From: the human T2T-CHM13v2.0 reference genome, Homo sapiens
Length of the DNA: 64,000 nucleotides
Assembly (NCBI RefSeq): GCF_009914755.1
Contig: NC_060931.1
Strand: one strand, 5' to 3'
The position numbers and the translations under genes were made by a program. This document shows positions 61,271 to 64,000 of this stretch, in pieces. The notes under the pieces were generated by a model. That model saw nothing but the letters and a program-made list of their open reading frames with translations. It did no database searches and was not told the DNA's origin. Position 1 is the stretch's first letter, and every line of letters starts with the position of its first letter.

Positions 61271-62262
61271 TATTTTCATTTCCTTTGATAATCTCAGATA
61301 GCCTCTTTCACCATGCCAATGTGCAAAGGCAGATACGGACATATGATACCTAGAAATCTTAGGTTGAGGATTCAGAAGTCACAGAAATGGAAATATACAT
61401 TTCCTCTGATGATTTATTTGATGAAATTAACTAATTAACTAAAGAATGCAGTATGGATCCCTCTTGAGGCATTTAAAAATCAATGTTGTTGACATATAAA
61501 TTATACAATGTAAACATTATACATTTTAAATGAACAGATCAGTGATTTTTGAGCAATATATATGTATATGCCCTTATAATCCCCACCCCTCTTAAAATGT
61601 AAAATATCCCCACCCCTATTAAAATGTAGAATATCTCCAGAAAGTTCCCTCGAACACCTCTGCAATGCCTATCTTGGTCCCAGAAAACCAATGATGTAAC
61701 TTCTATCACTGGAGAGTAGTTTTGTTCACAAATATTTTTAATGTCAATTTAAAACCCATACTGATTAATCCTCTTGAATACATAGCTAAATAATCAAGGC
61801 AAGGAAGAGTTTCTGGGAGGTTTTATGGTTTTAGAAGGGATTGAAACCATGAGAGCTACCTTGATCCATGGTAGGAACGATTCTATCTGGAGATGGATGT
61901 TGTGCCGAAATAACCTCAAAAGGTCTTTTCAGCTGGTAGAAGCTGATTCGACAACATTTATTTATTCATTTTCATTCATTTCTTTTCTTCTCCATTCATT
62001 AACTCAAATTGTTTAGTAATGATATCCTGATAACAGTTAATTATCTCCAAGGAAATTATTTTGAGTTCCCATAGGACACACATGCAGCTGGTTTTGTGTT
62101 CACACACTGAGAACGCTGGCGTCAAGCAAACCATGGTAACAGAGACTTCATTGAAAGATGATGTTACATTGGGAGAAGCATTCTTTTTGCCTTAACCCCA
62201 AGTGTTTAACTCATAAATCCTGAGCCTTCAGCTAGAATTCATCTTCCTGTTCTGGCCCTGTC

Positions 62263-62535
62263 CTGGGCACTAGGATGCTGAGCTGTGTGTTCCTGTCTCT
62301 TGAACCACAGGAGTCCTGGGCACGCACATGAAACCCACTAATGGGCTTGTTGGATCCCAGCTGTGACTTTCAGCACCAGGTGGCCCTTAGCTGTGACTTT
62401 AATTTCTGTGTTCTTCACTGCTAAGTGAAGCCCCATAGACGCTGAATGACCAGACCTTGGTGATGCATTGTGCTGAAAGGAAACCAGCACAGGGGGAGGT
62501 GAGCAGAATATGAAACAAAATCATGTATTTACAAC
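62263..62535 (+). pseudogene. degenerate TRBV relic, copy 5
   Basis: CTG GGC ACT AGG ATG CTG AGC TGT GTG TTC…; paralogue of 8160-8430. Confidence 0.6.
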
Positions 62536-63541
62536 CAGCGACAGGACTTACTGGCAGATCCTTTGTTCAAACACTATTAAGAATTTAAAAATCATGACAG
62601 CAGAGTGATAAAGCAAGCGTGGGATCCTTCTGAATGCAGGGCTCTGTACACCGAAGATACAGTTTTTGAGCTCCTTTTCATTTATTACTAAATTAATGGC
62701 AGGAATCCTGAACGAAGGGATATTCCCTATGAGACATGACACCTCAAATAAAACGAGAGCATTTTTCCTTATCTTGAAGTCTGCTCCCTCTCGCCAAGTC
62801 CCTCACTCATCAGGACACCTTTGTGCTCACAAGTCTTCAGCAGCGCTGGGTGGCCACCATTGTCCACACAGAGAGGGCAGTCAGCAGCATGAGGTGGTTC
62901 TGCCTGCTGTGGTCTCACCCCAGGAACAGAAAGCAAGACTCCTGGATGGAGCTGAAGGTGCTCAGCTGGACTTGTCAGGAGTCCCATCTGTCAGTGAATT
63001 GACAAGAAACAGAGCAAAACGTCTCCTGCAATGTTGATGAGCCTGCCCCTGGGATTTGGAAACCTGATAACAGAGAAAACCAATATAGACACAGGACTTT
63101 AACAGGATTATGGTCAATTAAGCAAATTGGAAAAGGATACTTGAAGGAGTATTTGGGACACAGGAATCAAAAACACCAGGGAGACAAGAGGATTTTTCCT
63201 AAGATTCTAGACTACAGCAATACATAGATAACTAACACCAGAATATTAATGAGGAATTATATCATTGCAGGAATAAAATTTATATTGAATTACAAACTGT
63301 TTGCACAAAAGTCAAGAAAAACTTGAAAGCCTTATATCAAGAAGCATTCTTCCCATCCAAACTTCAGTGGTGCATTTATTTTGGATTTGACCCTCTGGGG
63401 AAGGGCCATGGCCTCTCTCGACAAGAAGGTTCTGGGGACCAGGCAGAGAGAATGAGGTCTCAGGATGACTTCCTTGACAGCCCTGTTCCCCTTTCATCAA
63501 CACACAGACCCAGAAGACCTCTCTGTCTTGTAGCATCTGCC

Positions 63542-64000
<459 letters not shown>

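Overview
Human (primate) genomic DNA from the germline T-cell receptor beta (TRB) variable-gene cluster, + strand = transcriptional orientation. Nine recognisable V segments lie in the canonical order: TRBV4-2, TRBV6-2, TRBV3-2 (pseudogene), TRBV4-3, TRBV6-3, TRBV7-2, TRBV8-1 (pseudogene), TRBV5-2 (pseudogene) and TRBV6-4 (RSS cut by the window end). Each has a leader exon (only a remnant in TRBV8-1), an intron, a V exon and a 23-RSS. The window is the 'insertion' haplotype of the known ~21.5-kb TRBV indel. A ~6-kb near-identical direct repeat at an offset of exactly 21,652 bp explains that polymorphism. The rest is Alu, L1, MaLR/LTR13, MITE and microsatellite sequence embedded in tandem duplication units. 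I see no wholly new biological system. The most interesting under-described signals are: (i) several degenerate V-gene relics that I do not recognise as named genes; (ii) base-resolved deletion junctions showing how TRBV3, TRBV5 and TRBV7 paralogues were lost from the duplication units; (iii) co-oriented CTCF-like motifs; (iv) a fold-back around an AT-rich array. All alignments were done by eye, and gene/allele names come from recalled germline sequences.
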